A stretch of DNA of 56,704 nt, the filler included, from Dugesia japonica (Eukaryota), in assembly GCA_001938525.1 (NCBI GenBank). It is 4 parts of 4 records of this genome, joined end to end, with 100 filler letters (N's around TTAATTAATTAA, not from the genome) between each part and the next. Parts side by side here need not be neighbours in the genome. Positions count along the whole stretch, not along the records: positions 8,452 to 31,763 come from MQRL01588845.1; positions 31,864 to 44,936 come from MQRL01616406.1; 2 more parts are not named here. One strand, 5' to 3'. The notes beneath the pieces were generated by a model, which saw only the letters and a program-made list of their open reading frames with translations, searched no databases and was not told where the DNA came from. The translations under genes and the position numbers were made by a program. Shown here in pieces: positions 25,083 to 37,846 of the stretch; within the stretch, counting starts at the first letter, position 1; each line of letters starts with the position of its first letter.

Positions 25083-25330
25083 CTGCATTTCTATATGCGA
25101 ATAAACATGTTGGAATATGAATATCTCAATATGTTTGATCTGCGTTGACATACGATGCCAACATTTGTGCAAAGATTTCGTCTAATCTTCCAATTAATCA
25201 AAATGTTTGTCGATGATATGTGGATGTATTCAACTTTAAAATTCGAAAATATACATTTATATCTTTTAGCAGGTTACTCATGAAATCTGTACCTCTATTT
25301 TTAAATAATTTCTTAGGTACTCAATACTTA
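25083..25330 (-). pseudogene. Gypsy integrase catalytic-core fragment
   Basis: VPKKLFKNRGTDFMSNLLKDI..KLNTSTYHRQT..FAQMLASYVNADQTY*DIHIPTCLFAYRNA. Confidence 0.85.
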
Positions 25331-26521
25331 AATATGATGTAAATAGAGTTACAGTAACAAATTTAATTCTATTTTGTCTCTTCAATCCTTCCATAATTTT
25401 GTTCATGAATATAAAATTGATCTAATTTGCTACTCTAACAAATTTTATTTTTGTACGATTCTTTTATTGAGGCTCAGTATTTTCTTATTTTTATTTATCT
25501 TGATTATTATCCATTGTAAGAATTACCAATAAGGTTTATTATTTATTGGGTTTTTATCAATTGTTACTTCTGCATTTCCATTTCTAAATCTGATTATTTA
25601 AACCTGATTTTAAATTATATTTAATTTAATAATATAAAATTTAATATATTTATAATTTTAATTTAATATTAATCGGATTTTAATCCCTTTTAATCTGATA
25701 TTATTTGATACAATTATTAAATCTTATCTTAATACATCCTTTTCATTTATCACTTTAAGCATGATTTACATATTTTAGTTTTATAATATTTCCAACAAAT
25801 TCTGAATTTAGATTTAACCATTAATTTTTTTTACATATATTTTGACATAGTTTAATTTACTTCCATGACTTCATTTCATTTGGAAATGGTCTGTGGTTTT
25901 TATTTTGAGAATTATAATCTTTTCCATTCACTAATTTTCAATGTGTTTAAATCGTAAAATATTTAACGGTATTTTCTAATTAGTGAACTAATGAGAAAAA
26001 TCGGATATGACAATCTTGCTACTTCTTATGCTATCATTAGTGGTATGGAGGTATGATTGATTTTATTTAAATATTAAGCAGTCATTTAAGTTTTAATGAA
26101 AATCAATAAAATATGAATTTTTTAAATATTCTAAACATTCAATTATATCAGAGCTTTATGCAGGAATATATTAAAGAATTTTCCAACAATATTTTTAAAA
26201 CTTTAAACGATCAAATATAAAACTTTTCGAAATTATACTAACATTTGAAAAATTTTATAATTCATTAAATAAATCAATGTCTTAACAAGTAATGTTTCCT
26301 CGTAGCTGCGCGGCCGCTCAAATTTCGGAAAACTTTCGCGCAAAAAATACCGCAAAAAAATACAGAATACAGTCTGATACAAATGTAATCTTAACTCATT
26401 TTAATATTTTATAATTACAATTATTGTGAGAATAATTGTTGGACTTAACCATTGATCGGATTTGAGATTTCNNNNNNNNNNNNNNNNNNNNNNNNNNNNN
26501 NNNNNNNNNNNNNNNNNNNNN

Positions 26522-26657
26522 TCGATCAAAACAAAACAATTTATTTGTAAAAATAAAGTTCAAATTTTCGACAATAGTCTTCTTCAGGAACATCAAGAAG
26601 ACTATTGTCGAAAATTTGAACTTTATTTTTACAAATAAATTGTTTTGTTTTGATCGA
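26522..26657. repeat. perfect inverted repeat, 63-bp arms, 10-bp loop
   Basis: 26522-26584 is the exact reverse complement of 26595-26657; it abuts an N gap. Confidence 0.9.
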
Positions 26658-26833
26658 AGCCTTATCTTATTTTAATGAAATCATTTTAATATATTATTTA
26701 AGTTTTATTTTTTCTGAAAAACTATTTGCTTATTAAAATTAGTCATTTTAAAAATTGTAATTATCAAAAATTGTAAGTTACTAGCTATAAAACCTGGATA
26801 ATTCCCAATTGCAATAATCAAAAACATAATAAT

Positions 26834-27475
26834 TGTTAGATGAGTTTTGAGAACTCGGATTATCAACATCAAAATTCAACTCCATAAAATTTGTTTCAAA
26901 ATAAAAACTATAACATCATTATTTATCAAACAAATTAAAATCCATTTTTTCATTGGTGATCATTTTGTTTAAAATTCTTTAACCGCAATTTTTATTTATT
27001 CAAAATTAATTTACTTAAATTTTAAACAAATAAAAAATTTCGATTTAAAAATTTCAAAAGGGACGAATGATTAATAAAGTAAAATTTTATAATAAATATG
27101 ATTTTTAACGTGAGCAAAAATTTGTCTTAAATTTTAAATCAAAATTAAATTGAAATTAATTTACTTTAATTTAATTAAAATCTTTTATTTATTTATTTAA
27201 AATTTAATGGAATTTTTATTCACGTTAAAAATTTTATTTATTATAAAATTTTACTTATTGTTCAATCGTTATTTTGAATTTTAAAATTGAAACTTTTATT
27301 TATTTAATTAACCAAATTTCCGTTTACTCAAAAAAATGTTATTTATCATTAAACCAAATATTTGTTATTTAAATTTTTCATCAACAATTTAAATCTCTCC
27401 TTTAAACAAAAGATTTTAAAAATATGATCACCAATCACACAAAAATTTCAACTTGCTTTTCAAAACACACTCACA
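26834..27475 (-). mobile_element. solo LTR
   Basis: TG...CA termini with 5-bp TSD ATAAT on both sides; both ends homologous to the LTR at 33383-33872. Confidence 0.88.
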
Positions 27476-28499
27476 ATAATGATATCGTATGGTTTTTATT
27501 AAAGTTCTTTGATTTAAAAAGATCATTGTTCTAGTTTCTGGTCTATGATGTCAATATGTATAAAATTATGAGCGCCCGCATTTATTCAAAACTTTAAAAA
27601 AGTTGCTCAAGTAAAATTTTTCTGCGCATTGCCATCAAATATTAGAGAAAACATTGTTTATAAGGACTTTTCTACATATCTTCTCATATAAATGAAACAA
27701 CCATTTAATATTTATATTCTTTAAATTTATATATTTATATTATTTACATATATTATTGGAAAATTTTTAATATATTCCTTTTATTTTTAATTGTAAAGTT
27801 AAAAGTTAAAGTTAGCTGCTAAAATATTTTTCAATTTTAACAATATTTTCATTATTTCTTTTAATAACCTTTAATTGTTTTAGAGTGATTTGAAATGCCT
27901 ATTAGGGGAGGAAAATTTTAAAAAATATTACAATGACATCTTGTATCTGAGATCTATTGACACTCAAATATGGCATTCCTGATAAATATTTCCGTGATTA
28001 AGAAATACTAGATTTGATTGCTGATGTTTGAATATTTGAAAACAAATTGCTGATTGTTTATACAAAATGTTATTTTTTTCGAAACATCAAAATAAAAATA
28101 TATCTACTCTTACATTTTTATTATAGTCACGTTACTTTCAAAATGTAACTTCAATAAATTACAATATTAATTAAAGATCAAAATTACAGTCATTTCTAAT
28201 AATATGTAAACAAAAATGTTAACCATTGTAACCCTACTCTTTCTTCAAAATGCTTTGTGATCTATTCTCGCTAAGAATCTCTTTTCATATGTATTAGTAT
28301 CGAGAACTAAATCCAAATTAATAAAATTGTATTATAATAAAAGTGGCAATTACACACTAATTGCATTCTTAAATATGGGGAATATAAGTGATACAATGAT
28401 TCGAGAAATATATTATTTAATTAGCAATATACATACGGGTCGCATCAATCCAGGAACATATATTAATGGTTTTTAAAAACAATTCCGTTTTTATATTCA

Positions 28500-30180
28500 A
28501 ATTTTACTGTCCCTTTACTATCAATCTTATTTATTATGCCATTAATTTCCTAATTATTTCTCTGCATTTCATATTTAATGATATCTTTATTTACAACTAA
28601 TAAACGAGTTTGGGCTTTTTTAGTTTTAGCATCAGCGTGTTCCAAATTAAATTGTTTACACAACTGCTTATTCAATCTTGATAAAGCATCTGCGTTAGAA
28701 TGTTTCTCTTCTTTTCTGTTCTCCAACCTGATATTTAAACTATTGAAAAAATTTATCTAATTTTGAAAATGAGCTGTAATTGGTTTTCTTGTTGTTAACA
28801 TAACAGTTATCACTTTATGGTCTGTTCGCAATACAAATTGTTTTTCGTATAAATAGTGCTTAAAGTGTTGTGTAAAGTGAAACACTGAAAGTAATTCTTT
28901 TCTCGTAATGCAGTATCCATTGACATACTTTTTGAACCGTAAGCAACGACTCTTTCTCTTCCAAAATGATCTTTATGGGACAATACAGAACCAATACTAT
29001 CAAAACTTGCGTCCGTATCCAAAATAAATTCACGACTGAAATAAGGGTTGCATAATATAGGAGCATTTGTCATTTTCTCTTTCAGTTTCTCAAATGCAAT
29101 TTCACATTCAGATGTGCAAATGATTTTTTTTCTTTCGTAATCAATAAAGATTCTAGTGGTTTTGTTAGTTGATAACATCCTTCAATGAATTTCCTATAGT
29201 AATTAGTTAGACCCAAGAAGCTTCTGAAGTGTTTAACGCAGCACGGTTTTTTAAATGTCTTTATAGATTTCACTTTATCTTTATCAGTCAATATTACATT
29301 AGTATTAATTACAAGACCTAAAGATTTTATTTCCAATACCAGACATTTGCATTTATCAGGATTAATTTGTAAACCAGATTTAGATATCCTTGTAAAAAGC
29401 TTGTCCAAAATTGAAATATGGTCATCAATTGTTTTCGAAAAAATAAAATATCATTTAGATACACCAAAATTTCTTTCCAATTCATGTCTCCTATAATAAT
29501 TGTCATTAACTTCTGAAATGTAGATGGAGCGGCGTCTATTCCAAACGGCATCTTATTAAAATAATATTGTCCATATTTTGTAGAGAATGCTGTTTTAATT
29601 TTTGATTCATACTACAATTCAACTTGATAACATGCATTTCCAAGATCTATTGATGAAAAATACTTAGCTCCATGTAGTGAATCTAACATTTTGTTCACAT
29701 TCGAATAGAGAACGCAGGTCTAACTGTATGCTTATTTAACAACCAAAATTTCAAGCACATTCTAATATCGGCTGAATTCTTCTTTTAAACACATACTATT
29801 GGAGAATTCCGTGGGGATTCATATTTTGATATTATTTTATTTTCATCCAAATTCTTAATAATTTCCTTAATTTGCATATCATAATATATTGGTTTTCGTC
29901 GATGTGGTACAACTTTTGGTTCACAATATGTCATAATCAAATACTTTAAAATAAAATTTTCTTTCCTATATCCGACTTTTTTGCCATAAAAATATTGCTA
30001 AATTTCATTATTGTTTCATATAATGGATGAATATTTCCTATAATGTTTTTTGATGTTAAAGCTTCATGTCTGTCAAAATCTGTTATTTCTTTCGTACATT
30101 TACCTTCTAAATTACATAAATCTAAAGTTAAAGAAGTATTTTCATTATTTTCAAAATTTAGATCTGTAACCATTACATCA
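28500..30180 (-). pseudogene. Gypsy pol remnant (RT, RNase H)
   Basis: FSSIDLGNA, MPFGIDAAPSTFQKLM, VYLNDILFF, RSFLGLTNYYRKFI, FILDTDASFDSIGSVLS, NADALSRL. Confidence 0.9.
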
Positions 30181-30199
30181 AATTCATTAATAAAATAAT

Positions 30200-31763
30200 T
30201 ATCAAAAAATATGTCCAGAAAATATCGGTTGTTTTTGGTAAAATTTACATTTTTCTGAATTTATCCTCGATTCTAATTCTCTGATGCTGTTAAAAACTTC
30301 TTTCAAAATTTCATTATGATCTTAGATCTTCCTTTCTTATACTAATATAATATCTAGATATACGATGACACCTTTAAAAATTAACCCTGTCAACATATCA
30401 TGCATCAACTTTTAAAACGTTGCTGGTGCCATTGCTAACACAAATAATTGAACCCAAATTGACTTTATTTGGTACAAAAACCGTAACATTTCTGGAGCTT
30501 TCTGCTAATTCTACTTGGTAGTAAGCTTGTCCTAGATCAAGTGAAGAAAATATTTTTCTACCTGTTAAGCAATCTAATAATACCATAATGTCTGGCATCG
30601 GAAATGAAACATTTTCGGTGATCATATTCAATTGTCGATATTCGACATACATTCTTATTGAACTATCTTTATTTTCAAATAATTACTAAGGGTGAATTCT
30701 TCGGGCTTTTATATTTTCTAATTACCTTAATACTTATTAAATTCTGTATCGTTTCGTCAATCTTCTTTTCCAAGTGCATCGGTTGTCTCTGGGATGTTGA
30801 ACAATTGGATCTCTCAATACTTTTATTTCGTGTACTACTTATTTTGCATGTTCGTTATCAAACTTAGATCTCATGAATATTTTACCAAACTTCAAAATTA
30901 GATCATTTAGACTTTTATTATTTGAATCTTCGAAGATGTTTATTGCATAATTCTTTTTATCCTTGTTTGGGCGTTTTTTCCAAAACATTTAGTTTCAATG
31001 TTATTAACTCCTGTCAGTTTTATTCCGAAACTTTTCATTGCCTTTATCCCACTAATAAATTGTGGTCATCAAGTGCATTTAACAAATTTTCTTAGTCTTT
31101 GACAAAAAGAAGTATGAATTTTTCTATTGTTACGCAGATAGCGTACTTTTTTTACGTAAATATATTTGGATAAAATTGATATCTCTTTAATTTAAATTTA
31201 TTTAAGCAAAGTTATACTCTTGTTTATGTTGATTAAAAAAATAATATATCACAATTATCAGTACAGTAACATTCACTAAGGATTTCTTTTTTATTAAAAC
31301 TTAACAAGGGATATTAAGTTTTTCTAACACAAATGTTTTGAGATATGGACTTGAAACCCTTACCATTAGTCTTACAATTAAAAGTTACCTATACATTGTC
31401 TAAAGTACTATGCTCGAAAAATGCTTCGTTTCGACTCCATAGATGTGTCCGCACTGCCGATACCAGCTATTTTCTTTCCATGTAATAAACATCTCACTTT
31501 AAATTATGAGGATTACTTGAGCTCATGTAAAATGAAGAGAGCTAAAATGTTGAAGAAACTATATCATTTGGATCCGTTCATGGTAGCAATGGAAGAAATA
31601 ACAAACAATGAAATATTGTTTTACAGACACCAACTTGAGAATATCCTTCAAGCTGGGCTTCATGCTCTTATGGAAATTCAATTCTTAGATTCTTCAATGA
31701 TTTAACTTTATTCATATAGTCCTCTTCATATTCTTTGTTATTGCGCAAACCGATATCCAATTC
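30200..31763 (-). pseudogene. additional Gypsy pol fragments (second RT copy and downstream pol piece)
   Basis: RMYVEYRQLN..FPMPDI..FSSLDLGQAYYQV and IVYLDII are a second RT N-terminal half in tandem with the first; 31400-31763 looks like a pre-integrase region (weaker). Confidence 0.75.
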
Positions 31764-31863
31764 NNNNNNNNNNNNNNNNNNNNNNNNNNNNNNNNNNNNN
31801 NNNNNNNTTAATTAATTAANNNNNNNNNNNNNNNNNNNNNNNNNNNNNNNNNNNNNNNNNNNN
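31764..31863. other. artificial scaffold-joining spacer
   Basis: 44 N + TTAATTAATTAA + 44 N. Confidence 0.95.
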
Positions 31864-32056
31864 TTTTACGATTCAGTTGTACACATCGATTTTTCAGATT
31901 TATTGACTGATTACTTTTGTTGAAATAAATTTTCTTTTTTTTTCTTTTTGTGAAACTAATGGCAGTATTTAATATAATTTGCAACTTTTTCGTATTAATA
32001 CTTTGTTATTCATCTATTTATTTATTTTGTTTATTGCTTCCTAATTTCAATTTCAG

Positions 32057-32277
32057 CTTCATAGAAAATCCATCAATAATCTTCATCAAGAAATCATCGA
32101 TTTACAAGCAAGTATTGACATGAAAAGTCAAAACGTTGTAAACAACAGTAACAAGTTACATAATCTCGAAACTGCAGTCAATTGTCATCAACTTCCAGAA
32201 ATTCGACGACTGCGGTCAAATGTTCAAACAAAGAGAAATGAAGTTATGGAGATTCTTGAAAAACAAATTCAAAATAA
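32057..32277 (+). CDS. internal exon, coiled-coil region of an intersectin-like gene
   Basis: TTTCAG acceptor, GTAATT donor, open 221-nt frame LHRKSINNLHQEIIDLQASIDMK...EILEKQIQN; its phase-2 end is compatible with the exon at 37702. Confidence 0.75.
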
Positions 32278-33382
32278 GTAATTACATTATTAAATTTATG
32301 ATTTATTCGTTTGATTTCTTTTCTCATAAAAGGTTATGAATTGTTTGGTTGATGAATTTCTGATTATATATAAGATTTACTGTGAAACCCTTTTTATACT
32401 TTACATATTCTTGTTTTTACAATCTCGTTTTATTTCTGTACCCGCTTTTTTANNNNNNNNNNNNNNNNNNNNNNNNNNNNNNNNNNNNNNNNNNNNNNNN
32501 NNNNNNNNNNNNNNNNNNNNNNNNNNNNNNNNNNNNNNNNNNNNNNNNNNNNNNNNNNNNNNNNNNNNNNNNNNNNNNNNNNNNNNNNNNNNNNNNNNNN
32601 NNNNNNNNNNNNNNNNNNNNNNNNNNNNNNNNNNNNNNNNNNNNNNNNNNNNNNNNNNNNNNNNNNNNNNNNNNNNNNNNNNNNNNNNNNNNNNNNNNNN
32701 NNNATCGTATTTTTCCAAAAACAAGTCATAATATGATTTCGGGGTATTTTTGAATGTGAGTTGTGGCATTAACCACCTGCTGACAAGTTGAATAGTCACA
32801 AATCAATTGACCAAAAGCATTTGTATGACATACAACAAATGGAAGAGACGTCATCATAGCTGGTTTATGAAGTCTAGTCTTCCAAAGTTACTAAAGGTTA
32901 CGTTCTTGATACATTTCAAATAGGATATTAAAACAAGATATGTCTATTTGTCTATTCTCCTGTTTTCTAAAATGTAGGTGTACAAAATCTTTTAGCTAAA
33001 ATTAAGTATTTGAGTCTCGAGATTAATAACGGCCTCCATTAGATTATTATCGCTGTATTTGAATAAATGTTTAAATAAATCTCTGAAACAAACTCTATAA
33101 CATATTAAGATAGAATGGGTCACATAATTTTTGTAATTTAAAAATTTCACAACAATTGGTTTCATTTTAAATGTTATTTTATTCTTAATATACTGCTTAG
33201 ATTAATCATAGTAATAATAGTTAATAGTTTAATTAATATTTTCATTGTCTTCCATAAAAATGTATTAATTATCACAGAATTAGTCAGAAATTCACACAAA
33301 TTTGAAAAGATAATTTAAAAATAATATTTAAACAATTTATTCATGGCTTAAAATATCTTTAATTTTTTAATCGAAAATTTAT

Positions 33383-34906
33383 TGTTAGATGAGTTTGAAG
33401 TACTCATCGAAGAATTAAATTCACAACTTGGTTCCATTAAAGATTTATTTACAAAACAAAACTATAACCATCATTATTTCTTTATTAAAACAAATAAAAA
33501 TTCTATGCTAAGTTGGAAATCTCAATCTTTTCAATTTATTAAAACTTCAAATAAAATATTTATTTCTTTATTAAATTTCTCAGTTATTACAAATATTCTT
33601 TACAAAGATACTGACACTAACATTTTTGAAAATTCATAAAGAATATTTTAATTTATCAGTCATTTAAAAAAAGTCTACAATAAATTATAGACGTATAAAA
33701 TTATCTAAACTGATTCTTAATTTTTGTCTAAAAATTTAATATTTCTTATTTATATTTTTAACAATTTAATTTCTTACCAATTTAAATTTTTTACTTTTAA
33801 CAAAAGATTTTAAGAAAAGGATTTCCAACCAAAACACAAAAATTTCAATTCGCTTTTCAAAACACACTTACATCCTCCATTTGAAGAAATTTCTTAATCT
33901 TTTCTAAGTTTCTTTCAATACTTTTCCCGTTTGTATCTTTCATGATGTAACGTCTATCGTGAACCTTTCCTTTGATCTTATATGAACCTTCAAATTGATC
34001 TTGGTTTTTTTTCTTGTTTCAACTTTCACTAAGACCTCATCACCAATCTTGAATTGTCTCTTGAGAGGTATCTCTTTATCTTGCTCTATACGATTTCAGC
34101 AGGGCTCTTCCAAATGGTCTTCTGTTTTGTAGCATTCAAAGTAAATTCCATCTTCGGCAATACATCCGCCCAATCTGAGGTTTTCTTTTCTTTAATTGTC
34201 GCATTTATAATTTCTCGCATAGTTGTAAACTGCTTCTCGATTTTTTCACATGTGTTATGATGACATGAACTAGAAAACTTGAGGATATTCCATGTTCAAC
34301 TGCAAAGTCTTTCATTGGTTTAGAATGAAATGCTCTTTCACAATCAACTCTAATTTCTCTAGGACACCCGAAATTTCATATCCACTTCTTCATTATTGCT
34401 TTCCTTATAGTGTCTTGCAATTGCTATCAAATCTAAATACTTACTGCATTGGTCTATTATACCGAGAACATATCTTTTCTACCTCTCGTCTTTTGAAATG
34501 GTCCACACACATCTATAAATAACCACTCATAAATGTTGGCTGGCTGTGTTTCTTTCGTTTTTGTTGGAAATCTCAATCTTTTTCATTTATGAAAACTTAA
34601 AACAAAATATTTATTTCTTTATTAAATTTCTCATTTATTACAAATATTCTATTCAAAAAAATATTGACACTAACATTTTTAAAAATTCAAAATAAAATAT
34701 TTTAATTTATCAGTTATTTAAGAAGTCTACAATAAATTATGCATAAAAATATCTCAACTGATTCTTAATTTTTGTCTAAAAATTAAATATTCCTTATTCA
34801 TATTTTTAACAACTTAATTTCTTATCAATTTCAATATTTTAATTTTTAAAAAAGATTTTCAACAAAATTACAAAAATTTCAATCCGCTTTTCAAAACACA
34901 CTTACA
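33383..34906 (-). mobile_element. internally deleted Gypsy element (partial 5' LTR, integrase fragment, PPT, 3' LTR) in a host intron
   Basis: 3' LTR 33383-33872; PPT AAATGGAGGA at 33873-33882; integrase IDVCGPF..FGCPREIRVDC..DWADVLPKMEFTLNAT at 33890-34560; partial LTR copy 34563-34906; flanks TTTAT/TATAT (near-TSD). Confidence 0.88.
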
Positions 34907-36501
34907 TATATAAAAAAGAATATATAATATAATTTTATAAAAAATTTTAATTATAAAAATCGACAAATAATTTACTATCATTTATAAATTTCAATAATTT
35001 ATAAATGAATGAAAAGTTTTAGCAAATTATTTTTTTAATTAATTGAAAAAATTTCTAAGGTATGAACTAGATTTTGCAATAGTAAATTAAATAGGGCTGT
35101 TTTCTACAACTTCAAATCTCCAATTGATAATTATATTAATATCAATATTAATAATAATCTATTTATTATTGATATTATTAATAATCTATACACGAAATTA
35201 TTAATTGGTACAAATATTAATGTAACTTTCAATAAAAGGACATTTATCTCCCTTTTAAAGTTATAAATTTTAATGTAAACAATTTTGTCAGTTTTGGGGT
35301 TTCCGTTAAACTGATTAAATTATTAAGTAAATTATTAGCACAATAATAATCATAATAATAATAATCATCATTAATAATAATGATAATGATAATAATAATC
35401 ATCATCATTAATAATAATAATAGTAATAATGCTAATAATAATTTCATGGATAATCTAGGATATATTGAAAAGTACGAGAGATAATTTTGTCTGTTTTTGA
35501 CATAATTATTAATTTCAATAATTTATATCTTATCATAAGGAATGACTAACTAACGTTGTCAACTGGTATGTTGCTTATGTGTTACGTAATTGATTTGTGT
35601 TTATAATTTGATTAATTAATTGTAATTGTTTGTAAATTGATAGTTGTAAATTCTACATCAGCTAGCCACTCTTATTTTTCAGTAGTAGCCTGAATATATA
35701 AAAGTATTAAATAACTCAATTATTTGTGAATAATTGTTACGTAAGTATAATCGACTCTTTATTCATAATATATCATTATTGGTTTGTTATATATTAATAT
35801 TACAGTTAATATATCTATATAGGTGATCAACAAAACTTTTTCTGATAAAATTTACCTTTCAAAACACTTGATACATTTCAAAACTATATAACACCCGTTT
35901 ACTATTTCTCTATATTATAAACATTCATTTAAAAACGAATAATTTCATAGTAATTGTTATTTTTCATCTATTGGTAAATAATTAAACTTAAAAAAAATTT
36001 TTTTTTCGACTTTGATGATCGAGCAGAGAAACGTTTGCCGTTTAAAATCTAAATATTTTGACAAAATTCCTTTGTCAGATAACAAGGACACTTTTATGAT
36101 TTTGATTGATTATGGTTTTTAAACTTTGTAATGAATAATTGGCAATGTTTAAAGTTTTTGTTATCATTAATTACAAAAATATTATTTTGATAACATTTAC
36201 TGGATAGTGACATCTTAATTTTGAAATAAGTTAAATGTATGTGTGCATATAAATATTTATGAATTTGTTACGGAATCTGAATATTGTTAATTGTGAATTT
36301 CCTTTTTAATATTTACTTTATACTTTAACTAAATATTGACATTTTTCGCATAATTTTACTATATTGGAATATTATTAATACTATTTCACTGTTAAGAACT
36401 ATTAATAATTAACTAATTAATCAGCAACATGTTACAACAAATTAACTGACATCGTCTAATCAAAGTTTTTAAAATTAAATTTAAAAGCCTATAATTATGT
36501 A

Positions 36502-36560
36502 CAGTAAACTCCGTTTAAGGGCAACACGCTTAAAGAGAAATTTTGTTTATGGAGAAAAAT
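36502..36560. mobile_element. Tigger/pogo-like TIR fragment
   Basis: TA + CAGTAAACTCCGTTTAAGGGCAACACGCTTAAAGAGAA, with the repeated submotif typical of Tigger ends; single end only. Confidence 0.35.
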
Positions 36561-37701
36561 AATCGCTAGTCACTGCATTAAAGACCGTGTTAAATAATTA
36601 ATTATTTGATCATCTCAATAAAAATTCAGAATAATTATAAACATTCAATAAAGACTTAGAAATATCAGTCTAAACATTAATTTTATGATCTCGAAATCTA
36701 ATTATGAATGCTTCATATATAATCTTTCTCAATAATCTTTCAAGTTTCTACAAACATTCTAAAATTTATTCAATTATAATTGATTTACATATAGTATTGC
36801 GTTTCTTTTAAAAATTATTTATTATTATTATTATTATTCAAAATTATATATTGTATTTTCTTTATTATCTGAGAATATTGATCAAATTTATTTACTACTT
36901 TGAATAATTTTATACAAAGAAATTAAGAAATTTGATCTAAGCTTTTTATTTAAATATTGATAATTAATAAATAATCGATAAATAGTCTTTATTTTGAAAT
37001 ACAAAAATTAAATGTTACAAAATCCCCTATTTCTTCTATTTTGAATATTGTAAATAATTAATTTTTATTTAATGTCTTTAATATTTTTAATAATCTTTAA
37101 ATATCATGTTTTTAACAAAATAAATATTTTGAAATGAGTTTTGTTTTCATAATTAATTTTATCATGCCAATTTATTACACTGTTTAATAAATTGATATCA
37201 ACGAAACTTGGTTGCCATTTTCAATTTATTGCTTTTTCATTGAGCATATTCTGAACGTAATGATTAATATTCTCTGAGTCTGTGTGTGAGTGCGTGTGTG
37301 TGAGTATTAATGAAGTTTTATAATTGAGGTTGGTTAGTTATATTAGAATCGCTGGATACATTTAGTCGTCCGATTTGTCAAATTTTGAACATTATTAGAA
37401 ACTGTGACACATATTTTCTACTTACAATCCTGATTGACTTTCTTGTAATCTCGACACGCAATATCGGATAGAAATTGTCTGTAAATTTGCAATTAGTCAT
37501 CATAGACTAATATCTCATTATTAACCAGCCTGAAATATCTGGTTCAAATGAATTGCATTTCTTTTGAAGTTATTTAAAGGAAACAATATTTTTCATTTTC
37601 AATAATGATAAGTATCACATTCAATGTCAATTATTATTAATAAAATTTTTGAATAAATTCTTTAAGCAATATTTTTAAAATAATTTTATTTTCAACTTTA
37701 G

Positions 37702-37846
37702 CGGACCCAGGAATCTTTTCGATATTCCTCAATTAAATGGAGAAAAATCACAAGCTCAATCTCAGTTGGAACAATATCAAGCTCTTTATAAATTTACTGG
37801 GCGACAAACAGACGAATTGACATTTGAAGCAGGGGATATTATTATG
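37702..37846 (+). CDS. internal exon encoding the start of an SH3 domain (intersectin SH3A-like)
   Basis: TTTAG acceptor and GT donor; YQALYKFTGRQTDELTFEAGDIIM is an SH3 N-terminal half; coiled coil followed by SH3 fits intersectin/Dap160. Confidence 0.85.

Noticed and set aside
28228-28444. Possible short solo LTR (TGTAACCC...GGGTCGCA)
   Set aside because: Degenerate end, no TSD and no second copy in the window.
32336-32799. ORFs with long X runs, and poly-I/L ORFs elsewhere (35244-35447, 53734-54066)
   Set aside because: Artefacts of N gaps and simple repeats.
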